DNA of 32,000 nucleotides from Croceivirga radicis (lineage in GTDB: Bacteria; Bacteroidota; Bacteroidia; Flavobacteriales; Flavobacteriaceae), in the NCBI RefSeq assembly GCF_002072105.2, contig NZ_MTBC01000004.1, forward strand, positions 250,913 through 282,912, in the 5' to 3' direction. The position numbers and the translations under genes are program-made. The notes below the pieces were generated by a model that was not told where the DNA came from, searched no databases, and worked only from the letters and a program-made list of their open reading frames with translations. This document shows, one piece after another, positions 8,058 through 17,902 of the stretch (positions within the stretch are counted from its first letter, which is position 1; each line of letters opens with the position of its first letter).

Positions 8058-9965
8058 TTATAGTTTCTCTTTTATAATCTGGTCTACCACTTCAGGATTT
8101 AATAACGTAGACGTATCGCCTAAATTACTTAAATCATTAGAAGCAATTTTTCTAAGTATTCTCCTCATAATCTTACCACTACGGGTTTTAGGCAGTCCGG
8201 TAACGAATTGTATTTTATTCAGCTTCGCAATAGGGCCAATTTTATCAGAAATTTGCTGATTTATCTCATTTCTTAGGTTATTTCTATCCCTAGATTCTCC
8301 GGTTTCTTTTAAAATTACGAAGCCGTAAAGTGCATTTCCCTTAATATCATGCGGAAAACCAACAATGGCAGATTCCGCAACCGCAGGATGCTCGTTTATG
8401 GCATCCTCTATAGGTGCAGTACCCAAATTATGACCAGAAACAATAATTACGTCATCTACCCTACCCGTAATACGGTAATAGCCTACCTCATCACGTAATG
8501 CGCCATCCCCGGTAAAATACATGTTCTCAAAAGCGGAAAAATAGGTGTCTTTATAGCGTTGGTGGTTGCCCCAAATTGTTCTAGCCATAGAAGGCCAAGG
8601 GTATTTTATACACAATCTACCGTCTACCTGATTACCCTTTATCTCTTTGCCGTTTTCATCCATTAAAGCGGGTTGTATTCCTGGTAAGGGTAAAGTGGCG
8701 TAAGTAGGCTTTGTTGGCGTACTAAACGGTATAGGAGATATCATAATGCCACCGGTTTCGGTTTGCCACCAGGTATCTACAATAGGGCAATTCTTTTCGC
8801 CAACATGATCATTGTACCAATGCCAAGCTTCCTCATTTATAGGCTCTCCAACCGTTCCTAAAACTTTCAAGGACGATAAATCATATTTGGTAACAAAATC
8901 AATATTTTCTTTAGCCAGGGCCCTAATTGCCGTTGGCGCTGTATAAAATTGTGTAACCTTATGTTTTTGAACAATTTCCCAGAAGCGGCCATAATCGGGA
9001 TACGAAGGTACACCCTCAAACATAACCGTTGTAGCCCCGTTGGCCAAAGGACCGTAAACAATATAGGAATGCCCTGTAATCCAACCAATATCTGCAGTAC
9101 ACCAATACACATCTTCTTCTCTATACTGAAAAACGTTTTTAAATGAATAGGCAGAATAGACCATATAACCACCCGTAGTATGCATCATTCCCTTGGGTTT
9201 ACCCGTAGAGCCAGAAGTGTACAAAATAAATAGTGGGTCTTCAGAATCCACTATTTCTGGCACGCAATCGCCATAGGCTTCATCTAATAAAGGTTGTAAC
9301 CATTCATCTCTATTTTCTTTTAGTTTGATATCGGAATGGATACGCTTGGCTACCAATACTTTTTCTACCGTTGGGCAGTCCTCTAAAGCCTCATCTACAA
9401 TACCTTTTAAGTCGATGGTTTTTGCTCCACGATAAGAACCATCTGAGGTAATCACCATTTTAGCCTCACAATCTTGAATTCTAGTTGCTAAAGCCGAAGC
9501 CGAGAAACCGGCAAACACTACGGAGTGTACGGCTCCAATACGCGCGCAGGCCAATAGGGATATAGCCAATTCTGGAATCATAGGTAAATAAATAACTACC
9601 CTATCCCCTTTTTTTATACCCTTATCCTTTAACACATTGGCAAACTTAGATACGCGTTTGTGCAGTTCTAAATAGGATATATGCTCCGCCGCTTCATCTG
9701 GATTGTTAGGTTCAAATAAAATGGCCGTTTTATTTCCCCTAACATGTAAATGACGGTCAATACAATTTTCAGTAATGTTCAATTGCGCACCAGAAAACCA
9801 TTTTACTTCTGGTTTGCTAAAATCCCATTCTAATACGTTGTTCCATTTTTTACGCCATAAGAAGTGTTCTTCTGCTATCTCTTCCCAAAAATTTTCAGGA
9901 TTTCTAACGGATCTACGGTATACTTGAAAATATTCTTCTAAATGTTTAATGTGGTAATTACTCAT
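8058..9965 (-). CDS. acs: Acetate--CoA ligase (acetyl-CoA synthetase)
   Basis: AMP-binding motif YTSGSTGKPKGMMHTTGGY, plus WWQTETGGIMISP and the C-terminal PKTRSGKIMRRILRKIA. Confidence 0.97.
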   Translation of the reverse strand: MSNYHIKHLEEYFQVYRRSVRNPENFWEEIAEEHFLWRKKWNNVLEWDFSKPEVKWFSGAQLNITENCIDRHLHVRGNKTAILFEPNNPDEAAEHISYLELHKRVSKFANVLKDKGIKKGDRVVIYLPMIPELAISLLACARIGAVHSVVFAGFSASALATRIQDCEAKMVITSDGSYRGAKTIDLKGIVDEALEDCPTVEKVLVAKRIHSDIKLKENRDEWLQPLLDEAYGDCVPEIVDSEDPLFILYTSGSTGKPKGMMHTTGGYMVYSAYSFKNVFQYREEDVYWCTADIGWITGHSYIVYGPLANGATTVMFEGVPSYPDYGRFWEIVQKHKVTQFYTAPTAIRALAKENIDFVTKYDLSSLKVLGTVGEPINEEAWHWYNDHVGEKNCPIVDTWWQTETGGIMISPIPFSTPTKPTYATLPLPGIQPALMDENGKEIKGNQVDGRLCIKYPWPSMARTIWGNHQRYKDTYFSAFENMYFTGDGALRDEVGYYRITGRVDDVIIVSGHNLGTAPIEDAINEHPAVAESAIVGFPHDIKGNALYGFVILKETGESRDRNNLRNEINQQISDKIGPIAKLNKIQFVTGLPKTRSGKIMRRILRKIASNDLSNLGDTSTLLNPEVVDQIIKEKL

Positions 9966-9994
9966 TGTAAAATATAAGTCTTTATTGTTTCTGT

Positions 9995-11770
9995 TTAATG
10001 TTCTATAGCTTCACCTGCACCACTAGGTATTCTAATGTTCTCCACTATTTCTTGTACATGTTCTGGTGGTGCGGTTGTAACGGATGAAACCACTAGTGCA
10101 ATGCTAAAATTCACCAACATACCTACGGTACCAAAACCTTCTGGAGAAATACCAAACCACCAATATTCTTGAGTTGCGGTATCTGGATTTCCTATCCATC
10201 CCAGTTTAAAGCGCGCTATGTAATAGCAGGTTATGGCCAAACCGGCCAACATACCCGTTATGGCACCTTCCCTATTCATGCGTTTACTAAAAATACCCAA
10301 AACAATTGCAGGGAAAAAAGACGATGCCGCCAAGCCAAAAGCCAAGGCTACCACGGATGCGACAAATCCTGGTGGATTAATACCAAAATAGCCCGCTACC
10401 AAGACTGCAACCAACGATGATAACCTCGCAATCAATAATTCTTTCTTATCTGATATTTCTGGGGCTATTTGTTTTTTTACCAAATCATGGGAAATTGAAG
10501 TAGAAATTACCAACAGTAAACCTGCTGCGGTAGACAAAGCTGCTGCTAGACCGCCAGCCGCAACCAAAGCAATGATCCAATTGGGTAAATTAGCTATTTC
10601 CGGATTGGCCAATACGGTAATGTCCCGATCTACATACAATTCATTCACTGTTGGGCTTGGATTGGCTATTAAACGTTCTCCGTTTACCCCTCTTTTTGTT
10701 TCAAAAATTGGTTTGGCATCTGCTAAGGCATTACCGGGAGCATACTGTATTTTTCCATCTTTGTTCTTATCTGTCCATGCAATAAGCCCTGTATCTTCCC
10801 ATTTGGTAAACCAGGCCGGTATTTCTTTATATGGAGTGTTTTGTACCGTTTCCATCAAATTGGTACGGGCAAACACAGCAATTGCGGGCGCAGTGGTATA
10901 TAGAATTGCAATAAAAAGCAAAGCAAAACCAGCAGACTTACGGGCATCTTTTACCTTTGGAACTGTAAAAAACCGAATAATTACATGGGGTAAACCAGCA
11001 GTACCCATCATTAATGCCGCTGTTATAAAAAAGACATCCATTTTAGACTTCGTGCCATCTGTATATGCGGTAAAACCTAAATCTGTCATTAAACCATCTA
11101 GCTTATCCAATAAATAAATACCATCGCTTCCGGCTGCCCCCATTCCTAGCTGTGGTACGGGATTACCCGTAGCCATCAAAGAAATAAAAATTGCGGGGAC
11201 CATAAAGGCAAAAATCAGTACACAATATTGGGCCACTTGGGTATAGGTTATTCCCTTCATTCCACCTAAAAAAGCGTAGAATAATACCACGGCCATACCA
11301 ATGTACACTCCTGTATTTACCTCAACGTCTAAAAAACGACTAAATACAACGCCCACACCTCGCATTTGGCCCGCCACATAGGTAAAGGAAACAAATAACG
11401 CCGCCACAATAGCCACCGTTCTTGCTACATTTGAATAATACCTATCTCCTATAAAATCCGGAACGGTAAATTTTCCAAATTTTCTCAAATAAGGTGCCAA
11501 GAGTAGTGCTAGAAGTACATAACCGCCTGTCCAACCCATTAGATAAACCGAGCCATCATAACCTGAAAAGGCAATTATACCGGCCATGCCCAAAAAGGAT
11601 GCGGCAGACATCCAATCTGCTGCGGTAGCTAACCCATTTGCCAAAGGAGAAACACCTCCGCCGGCAACATAAAATTCTTTTGTAGAACCTGCCCTAGACC
11701 AAATGGCTATTCCTATATAAAGGGCAAACGTAATACCCACCAAAATAAATGTCCACGTTTGTATTCCCAT
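9995..11770 (-). CDS. Sodium:solute symporter (ActP-like, probable acetate/short-chain carboxylate transporter)
   Basis: SSS-family transmembrane pattern (YVAGGGVSPLANGLATAADWMSAASFLGMAGIIAFSGYDG, GTAGLPHVIIRFFTVP). Next to acs and DUF4212. Confidence 0.92.
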   Translation of the reverse strand: MGIQTWTFILVGITFALYIGIAIWSRAGSTKEFYVAGGGVSPLANGLATAADWMSAASFLGMAGIIAFSGYDGSVYLMGWTGGYVLLALLLAPYLRKFGKFTVPDFIGDRYYSNVARTVAIVAALFVSFTYVAGQMRGVGVVFSRFLDVEVNTGVYIGMAVVLFYAFLGGMKGITYTQVAQYCVLIFAFMVPAIFISLMATGNPVPQLGMGAAGSDGIYLLDKLDGLMTDLGFTAYTDGTKSKMDVFFITAALMMGTAGLPHVIIRFFTVPKVKDARKSAGFALLFIAILYTTAPAIAVFARTNLMETVQNTPYKEIPAWFTKWEDTGLIAWTDKNKDGKIQYAPGNALADAKPIFETKRGVNGERLIANPSPTVNELYVDRDITVLANPEIANLPNWIIALVAAGGLAAALSTAAGLLLVISTSISHDLVKKQIAPEISDKKELLIARLSSLVAVLVAGYFGINPPGFVASVVALAFGLAASSFFPAIVLGIFSKRMNREGAITGMLAGLAITCYYIARFKLGWIGNPDTATQEYWWFGISPEGFGTVGMLVNFSIALVVSSVTTAPPEHVQEIVENIRIPSGAGEAIEH

Positions 11771-12024
11771 TACTCGTCTAGATTAAATTTCTTGTCCAAA
11801 CGATTCATAAGAACAACATAAATAAAAATAAGCAGCACAAAAACATATATAGAACCTTGTTGGGCAAACCAAAAGCCCAATTTAAAACCGCCTAAACGGA
11901 TGGTATTTAATTGTTCTACCCACAGTATGCCAAAGCCATAAGAGACTAAAAACCAAATAGCCAATAAAATAGCTAAATAGGTAAGATTAAAACGCCAGTA
12001 TTTCTTGTGTTGTTCAGTTTGCAT
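11770..12024 (-). CDS. DUF4212 small membrane protein (YjcH-like partner of the symporter)
   Basis: 84 aa, KKYWRFNLTYLAILLAIWFLVSYGFGILWVEQLN and two transmembrane segments. Its stop overlaps the symporter start by 1 nt. Confidence 0.92.
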   Translation of the reverse strand: MQTEQHKKYWRFNLTYLAILLAIWFLVSYGFGILWVEQLNTIRLGGFKLGFWFAQQGSIYVFVLLIFIYVVLMNRLDKKFNLDE

Positions 12025-12158
12025 TGGTTCAGTTTGAACCTGAAAGATAGAAAATTTTTAAAGTGTAGATATGAACATTTCTATACAACCAACGCAATAT
12101 TCTGAGAGTTTACTACATTTTTAACTAAATAACCTAAAAGTTAAATTCTTATAAAACA

Positions 12159-12192
12159 AAACAATCCCAGTGGCGAACTATTGGGGTTGTTT
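12159..12192 (-). terminator. Probable terminator downstream of purC
   Basis: Inverted repeat AAACAATCCCA...TGGGGTTGTTT. Read on the minus strand it has one C/A mismatch and is followed by a T-rich run (TTTTGTTTTAT). Confidence 0.5.
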
Positions 12193-12210
12193 ACTAAATA
12201 TTATCTAAAA

Positions 12211-13167
12211 CTATAATTCTTTAAGGTAACTATTAACATTGTTACCTATACGCTCATGAATATTACTTACATCTGCTTTTACAAAAGTTTCGCCTGTAAT
12301 ACTCTCATATAGCTCTATATATCTTTCAGAAACAGAATTAATATATTCATCTGACATATGGGGTACAGTTTGGCCTTCCAATCCTTGAAAACCATTACTG
12401 ATTAACCATTGGCGAACAAACTCTTTTGAAAGCTGTTTTTGTGCTTCTCCCTTTTGCTGGCGCTCGGCATAACCATCTGCATAAAAATATCTAGAAGAAT
12501 CCGGTGTGTGTATTTCATCTATTAATACAATCTGCCCATCTTTGGTTTTGCCAAATTCATATTTTGTATCCACCAAAATTAGGCCTCTTTTGGCCGCGAT
12601 TTCGGTTCCGCGCTCAAAAAGGGCTTTAGTATAATTCTCTAATACCTTATAATCTGCCTCGGCAACAATACCTCTAGAAAGAATAGCTTCTCTAGCTATA
12701 TCCTCGTCGTGATCACCCTGTTCTGCCTTAGTTGCCGGCGTTATAATTGGTTCAGGAAATTTATCGTTTTCCTTCATACCTTCTGGCATGGCAACACCAC
12801 ATAAGCTACGTTTTCCTGCTTTGTACTCCCGTGCTGCATGGCCAGATAAATAACCACGGATTACCATTTCTACCTTAAAAGGTTCACAAGCTTTACCTAC
12901 CGCTACATTAGGATCTGGGGTTGCCAATAACCAATTGGGTACAATATCTTCCGTGGCCTGCATCATTTTTGTGGCAATCTGGTTTAAGATTTGCCCTTTG
13001 TAAGGTATACCCTTTGGCATTACCACATCAAATGCGGAAAGACGGTCTGTAGCCACCATTACAAGGATATCATTTTCTAACGTATATACTTCTCTTACCT
13101 TACCCTTATAAACCCCTTGCTGTTTTGCAAAGGTGTAGTGGGTATCCATTAATGTATTTACAGCCAT
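12211..13167 (-). CDS. purC: Phosphoribosylaminoimidazolesuccinocarboxamide synthase
   Basis: [42 protein letters not shown] and [14 protein letters not shown]. Confidence 0.95.
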   Translation of the reverse strand: MAVNTLMDTHYTFAKQQGVYKGKVREVYTLENDILVMVATDRLSAFDVVMPKGIPYKGQILNQIATKMMQATEDIVPNWLLATPDPNVAVGKACEPFKVEMVIRGYLSGHAAREYKAGKRSLCGVAMPEGMKENDKFPEPIITPATKAEQGDHDEDIAREAILSRGIVAEADYKVLENYTKALFERGTEIAAKRGLILVDTKYEFGKTKDGQIVLIDEIHTPDSSRYFYADGYAERQQKGEAQKQLSKEFVRQWLISNGFQGLEGQTVPHMSDEYINSVSERYIELYESITGETFVKADVSNIHERIGNNVNSYLKEL

Positions 13168-13170
13168 CTA

Positions 13171-14130
13171 TTAAAATTGATTTTGATGCTCTATGTCTTT
13201 ATAAGCCTCTATTACCTTTTTTACAAGTTTATGTCTAATAACGTCTTTATCGTCCAGATAGATAATTTTAATCCCCTCAACATTTTTCAATATTAAGATA
13301 GCCTCCTTTAGACCAGAGATTACCCTTCTAGGAAGATCAATTTGTCCAGGATCGCCCGTTAATAAGAATTTTGCATTTTTACCCATACGTGTCAAGAACA
13401 TCTTCATCTGGGCATGGGTAGTATTCTGTGCCTCATCCAAAATAACGAACGCATTGTCTAAAGTTCTACCCCGCATAAACGCCATGGGTGCAATCTGTAT
13501 GGTACCGTCTTCTATGTATTTATCTAATTTTTCTGGAGCGATCATATCCCGTAATGCATCGTACAATGGTTGCATGTAAGGGTCTAACTTCTCTTTTAGA
13601 TCTCCTGGTAAAAAACCAAGGTTTTCACCAGCTTCAACGGCTGGTCTGGTTAAAATTATGCGTCTTACCTGTTTTTCCTTTAATGCCTTAACAGCCATTG
13701 CTACACCGGTGTAGGTTTTTCCCGTACCTGCTGGTCCTATGGCAAAAACCATATCGTTTTTCATGATGGCGTCTACCAACTTTCGTTGGTTTACGGTTTG
13801 TGCTTTAATAAGCCTACCACTTACCCCATGTACCAATACCTCGCCACTAGCTGCAGAAGATTGTATTTCTTCTTTAGAATCACTTGTTAGTAACCGCTCA
13901 ATTGCGTTCTCATCTATTTTATTGTACTTGGCAAAGTGCTCCGTTATCATGTCAAAACGGCGATCAAACTCTTCTAACAATTCTTCATCGCCATAAACCT
14001 TTATTTTGTTGCCACGGGCAACAATTTTTAGTTTAGGAAAATACTTTTTGAGTAATTCTATATTCTCGTTCTGATTGCCAAAAAAATCTCTTGGACTAAT
14101 CTCTGTAAGTTCTATTATTAGTTCGTTCAA
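13171..14130 (-). CDS. PhoH family ATPase
   Basis: Walker A GPAGTGKT; RRIILTRPAVEAGENLGFLPGDLKEKLDPYMQPLYDAL; FVILDEAQNTTHAQMKMFLTRMG. Only 3 nt separate it from purC. Confidence 0.95.
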   Translation of the reverse strand: MNELIIELTEISPRDFFGNQNENIELLKKYFPKLKIVARGNKIKVYGDEELLEEFDRRFDMITEHFAKYNKIDENAIERLLTSDSKEEIQSSAASGEVLVHGVSGRLIKAQTVNQRKLVDAIMKNDMVFAIGPAGTGKTYTGVAMAVKALKEKQVRRIILTRPAVEAGENLGFLPGDLKEKLDPYMQPLYDALRDMIAPEKLDKYIEDGTIQIAPMAFMRGRTLDNAFVILDEAQNTTHAQMKMFLTRMGKNAKFLLTGDPGQIDLPRRVISGLKEAILILKNVEGIKIIYLDDKDVIRHKLVKKVIEAYKDIEHQNQF

Positions 14131-14197
14131 AAAAAGAAAGTATTAAAGTTGTGGGGTAATAAATTCGCTGTTCTTTGTTTTTAATTAATTTTACAAA

Positions 14198-14205
14198 CAA
14201 ACTTA
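14198..14205 (-). promoter_or_regulatory. Candidate -7 element (TAAGTTTG) for phoH-purC
   Basis: Matches the Bacteroidetes consensus TAnnTTTG on the minus strand, about 68 nt upstream of phoH. Confidence 0.35.
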
Positions 14206-14249
14206 ACCAAAATACAGTTTTAACTAGCAAAAAACTATTAACAGCCTAT

Positions 14250-15083
14250 ATGGCGATAATTACTCTTACCACAGACTTTGGAACCAAGGACCACTTTGTA
14301 GCCGTGTTAAAAGGGGCCTTACTAACAGAAGTGCCTACTACCACTATTGTTGATATCTCGCATTCCATTTCGCCGTTTAATATTCATGAATGTGCCTATT
14401 TACTCAAAAATAGTTATAAAGCGTTTCCCAAAGGCAGTATCCATATTATTGGTATTGATGCAGAATGGTCTCCAGAAAACGAACATATTGTGGTATTAGT
14501 AGATGGGCATTATTTTATTAGTGCCAATAATGGGGTAATTTCATTGGTTACCTCAGAAAAACCTCCAGAAAAAATCATGGCGATAAACCTCCCAAACGGA
14601 GAAATATCAAGCTTTCCAACCCAAGATATTTTTGTTCCGGTAGCAGCACATTTGGCAAGAGGTGGGCAACCAGAGGTGGTTTGTACGCCTTTTGACGAAC
14701 TAAAGGAATTACGTGATTTTAAGCCTAGAATTGAAAATAACGGCAATACCATAATTGGCAATGTCATCTATATTGATAATTACGGTAATGTTGTAACCAA
14801 CATAGAACGCAGCACCTTTGATGCTTACCGCAACGGCAGAACCTTTGAAATAACCGCAAGAAGGCAACGTATAAAAGCGATACAAAAAAGTTATAACGGA
14901 ATTGTGGATTACAACAAAGAAAAAAACCAACGTAAAGGACCAGGAGACCTATTGGCGCTTTTTAATGCAGCAGGCTACCTAGAACTGGCCATTTATAAAA
15001 GTGATTTAAATACCGTTGGTGGTGTTTCTACCCTTATTGGGCTGCAATACCGAGATATCATAACCATTAATTTTGATGCATGA
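14250..15083 (+). CDS. S-adenosyl-L-methionine hydroxide adenosyltransferase family protein (DUF62)
   Basis: MAIITLTTDFGTKDHFVAVLKG...IVDISHSISPFNI; GNVIYIDNYGNVVTNI. The ATG at 14250 fits better than the track's TTG at 14175. Confidence 0.9.
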   Translation: MAIITLTTDFGTKDHFVAVLKGALLTEVPTTTIVDISHSISPFNIHECAYLLKNSYKAFPKGSIHIIGIDAEWSPENEHIVVLVDGHYFISANNGVISLVTSEKPPEKIMAINLPNGEISSFPTQDIFVPVAAHLARGGQPEVVCTPFDELKELRDFKPRIENNGNTIIGNVIYIDNYGNVVTNIERSTFDAYRNGRTFEITARRQRIKAIQKSYNGIVDYNKEKNQRKGPGDLLALFNAAGYLELAIYKSDLNTVGGVSTLIGLQYRDIITINFDA

Positions 15084-15376
15084 TCGTAAGAATTGTAAAA
15101 CTGACTTTTAAAACCGAAGAAATTGCCAACTTTGAGCACATTTTTGAAGAAACCAAGGCCAATATCCGAAATTTTGAAGGTTGTAATTTTTTAGAATTAT
15201 ATCAAGATGTAAATTCGCCACAGCAATTTTTCACCTATAGCTATTGGGAAACCCAAGATCATTTGGAAAGCTACAGGCAATCCGATTTTTTCAAGTCGGT
15301 TTGGAGCAAAACAAAGGTGCTGTTCGCAGCTAAACCAGAAGCATGGAGTGTAACCAAAAAACATACCTTAGCGTAA
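15080..15376 (+). CDS. Antibiotic biosynthesis monooxygenase (ABM)-like protein
   Basis: 98 aa ferredoxin-like ABM pattern (IVRIVKLTFKTEEIANFEHIFEETK...GCNFLELYQDVNSPQQFFTYSYWETQDHLESYRQSDFF). ATGA overlap with the upstream gene. Confidence 0.75.
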   Translation: MIVRIVKLTFKTEEIANFEHIFEETKANIRNFEGCNFLELYQDVNSPQQFFTYSYWETQDHLESYRQSDFFKSVWSKTKVLFAAKPEAWSVTKKHTLA

Positions 15377-15380
15377 ATCA

Positions 15381-16109
15381 ATGAATGCCATACTAAAAAA
15401 AGAACTTCAATCTTTCTTTAATTCACCTCTAGGATTTTTAATCATAGGTGTTTTTTTAATCCTAAGTAGTCTTTTCCTTTGGGTATTTAAAGGCGATTTT
15501 AACATCTTAGATTACGGTTTTGCGGATTTAAGTAAATTTTTTCTTTTTGCACCGTGGATATTCCTATTTATCATACCGGCCATAACCATGAAAAGCTTTT
15601 CAGAGGAATATAAAATGGGTACCATGGAATTGCTTTTGATAAAACCTATTGGCATTCCTAAAATTATATTGGGCAAATATTTAGGAACACTTTTGGTTTC
15701 CATGCTAATGCTATTACCAACCCTAGTGTACGTTTTTTGTATTGGTGCACTGGGCATGGACACTAATAATTATGATTTAGGTGTAATTATAGGCTCTTAT
15801 TTTGGTCTGTTCTTTTTAATTGGCCTTTTTCATGCAATTGGCTTATTTGCTTCTACGGTAAGCAACAATCAGATTTTTTCTTTTCTCTTAGGTGTGCTAT
15901 TGTGTTTTCTAATCTTTTTTGGGTTTGATGCCCTTGCCTCTTTGTTAACAGATGGTAGCACGCAAGAACTCGTTTCCAATTTAGGTGCAAACGCTCATTT
16001 TAATAGTATTGCAAGAGGTATCATAGATACTAGAGACTTAGTTTATTTTATTAGTCTTATCCTATTCTTTCTTTGCTTAAGCTATTTACAAATCAAAAAT
16101 AAAAGATAG
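15381..16109 (+). CDS. gldF: Gliding-motility ABC transporter permease GldF
   Basis: ABC-2 permease pattern (MNAILKKELQSFFNSPLGFLIIGVFLILSSLFLWVFKGDFNILDYGFADL; SFSEEYKMGTMELLLIKPI) directly followed by gldG. Confidence 0.92.
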   Translation: MNAILKKELQSFFNSPLGFLIIGVFLILSSLFLWVFKGDFNILDYGFADLSKFFLFAPWIFLFIIPAITMKSFSEEYKMGTMELLLIKPIGIPKIILGKYLGTLLVSMLMLLPTLVYVFCIGALGMDTNNYDLGVIIGSYFGLFFLIGLFHAIGLFASTVSNNQIFSFLLGVLLCFLIFFGFDALASLLTDGSTQELVSNLGANAHFNSIARGIIDTRDLVYFISLILFFLCLSYLQIKNKR

Positions 16110-16111
16110 TT

Positions 16112-17779
16112 ATGGCGAAGAATCTAAAAAATGTTGCGCTAGCACTAGTTGTATTGGTTGGTTTAAATGTATTAGCCGCGTTAGTATATACTCGAATTGA
16201 TTTAACGGAAGATAAGCGCTATACATTATCTGCAGCTGCAAAGGAAACGGTAATTCAATTTGAAGCACCAGTAATCGTGGACATTTTATTGGAAGGGAAC
16301 TTACCTTCTGAATTCAATCGTTTAAAAAATGAAACCCTGTTGCTCTTAGACCAATTTAAGGCAGAAAACAGTAAAATTTCATATAACCTGGTTAATCCAT
16401 TAGAAGGTGTAACCAATAAAGAACAAACCCTAGTAGAATTACAGAATTTGGGTTTGAAACCAGCTTCTGTAACCATTAACCAAGATGGTAAAACATCTCA
16501 AGAATTTGTCTTTCCTTGGGCCATGATAAACTATGGTAACAAAACGGTAAAAGTTCCTTTATTAAAAAATAAACTTGGGGCCACACCAGAGGAACGCATC
16601 AATAACTCCGTACAAAATTTGGAATATGCTTTTGCTGATGCTTTTACCAAATTAACCACCACGAATAAAAAGAAAATTGCAGTTTTAAAAGGTAATGGAG
16701 AATTAGCAGATCAATACCTAGCCGATTTTCTAACTTCCATAAAAGAATATTACAACATAGGGGCCATTACCTTAGATTCCGTGAGTGCTAATGCCAATGG
16801 TGTTTTAGCGCAATTAAATGGTTTTGATATGGCCCTAATTGCCAAGCCTACATTGCCCTTTAATGATCAGGAGAAGTATGTATTGGACCAATACATGGTA
16901 CAGGGTGGTAAAACCTTATGGTTATTAGACCAAGTGGCCATGGAAATGGATAGTCTATACAACGATACGGGTAGCGCTATTGCGCTTCCTTTTAATTTGG
17001 AGCTAGACGATTTGTTGTTTAAATATGGTGTACGTGTTAATCCCGTCTTGGTGAACGACTTGTATAACACACCAATTGTAATGGCGAATGGTAGTGGAAA
17101 CGACAGCCAATATAATCCGTATCCTTGGCCCTATAATCCTATGGTTTTTTCAAGGGAAAACCACCCCATTAACAAAAATATTGAAGCCGTACGGTTGCAA
17201 TTTGCAAACGGTATAGATACGTTGTCCAATGCCTACAAAAAAACCGTTTTGCTACAGGCTTCACCCCTTTCTAGAACAGAGGGCATACCTAAAGAAATTA
17301 ATCTGAATCTATTAGCAAATCCCCCTAAACAAGAAGACTATACACCCAATGCAGGTGCCCCTTTGGCCGTATTGATAGAGGGTAGGTTCACCAGTGCCTA
17401 TAAGAACAGGGTAAAACCCATTTTGCATCAAAATTCAGTAGAAGAAGGACCAAACAACAAGATGATCGTAATAGCAGACGGGGACATTGTTAAAAACCAA
17501 ATGGAGCGTGGAAGACCACTAGAGTTGGGCTTTGATAAATGGACCAACAGCTTTTACGGAAACAAGGAATTCTTGGTAAACTGCGTAAATTATTTGCTAG
17601 ATGATACAGGACTTATAAACATCCGAAATAAAAAAGTAAGTATTCCTGTATTAGACCCACAAAAAATTGCGGATACCAAACAAAAATGGCAACTTATAAA
17701 CACCTTATTACCAGTAAGTTTATTACTTTTATTGGGATTGATTTATAGTTGGTATAGAAAGCAAAGCTATAAAAGCTAA
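16112..17779 (+). CDS. gldG: Gliding-motility ABC transporter substrate-binding protein GldG
   Basis: RIDLTEDKRYTLSAAAKETV, PLLKNKLGATPEERINNSVQNLEYAFADAF, C-terminal transmembrane helix; adjacent to gldF. Confidence 0.92.
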   Translation: MAKNLKNVALALVVLVGLNVLAALVYTRIDLTEDKRYTLSAAAKETVIQFEAPVIVDILLEGNLPSEFNRLKNETLLLLDQFKAENSKISYNLVNPLEGVTNKEQTLVELQNLGLKPASVTINQDGKTSQEFVFPWAMINYGNKTVKVPLLKNKLGATPEERINNSVQNLEYAFADAFTKLTTTNKKKIAVLKGNGELADQYLADFLTSIKEYYNIGAITLDSVSANANGVLAQLNGFDMALIAKPTLPFNDQEKYVLDQYMVQGGKTLWLLDQVAMEMDSLYNDTGSAIALPFNLELDDLLFKYGVRVNPVLVNDLYNTPIVMANGSGNDSQYNPYPWPYNPMVFSRENHPINKNIEAVRLQFANGIDTLSNAYKKTVLLQASPLSRTEGIPKEINLNLLANPPKQEDYTPNAGAPLAVLIEGRFTSAYKNRVKPILHQNSVEEGPNNKMIVIADGDIVKNQMERGRPLELGFDKWTNSFYGNKEFLVNCVNYLLDDTGLINIRNKKVSIPVLDPQKIADTKQKWQLINTLLPVSLLLLLGLIYSWYRKQSYKS

Positions 17780-17818
17780 GTGTTAATAAATTAGTTTCTT
17801 AACGCCGTAGTTTTAAGA

Positions 17819-17826
17819 TATATTTG
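17819..17826 (+). promoter_or_regulatory. Candidate -7 element (TATATTTG) upstream of dnaN
   Basis: Matches TAnnTTTG and lies about 77 nt before the dnaN ATG. No clear -33 TTG partner identified. Confidence 0.3.
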
Positions 17827-17902
17827 CTGTTAGCCATTTGTAAGCACTTTAGCTACGGCTAAAATTGAAAAATGTAGAAACCGGATTGCAAAAATCTATT
17901 TG

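Noticed and set aside
10572-11117. 181-aa plus-strand ORF opposite the symporter gene
   Set aside because: It mirrors the hydrophobic coding sequence of a confidently assigned transporter, has no recognisable domain, and looks like a shadow ORF.
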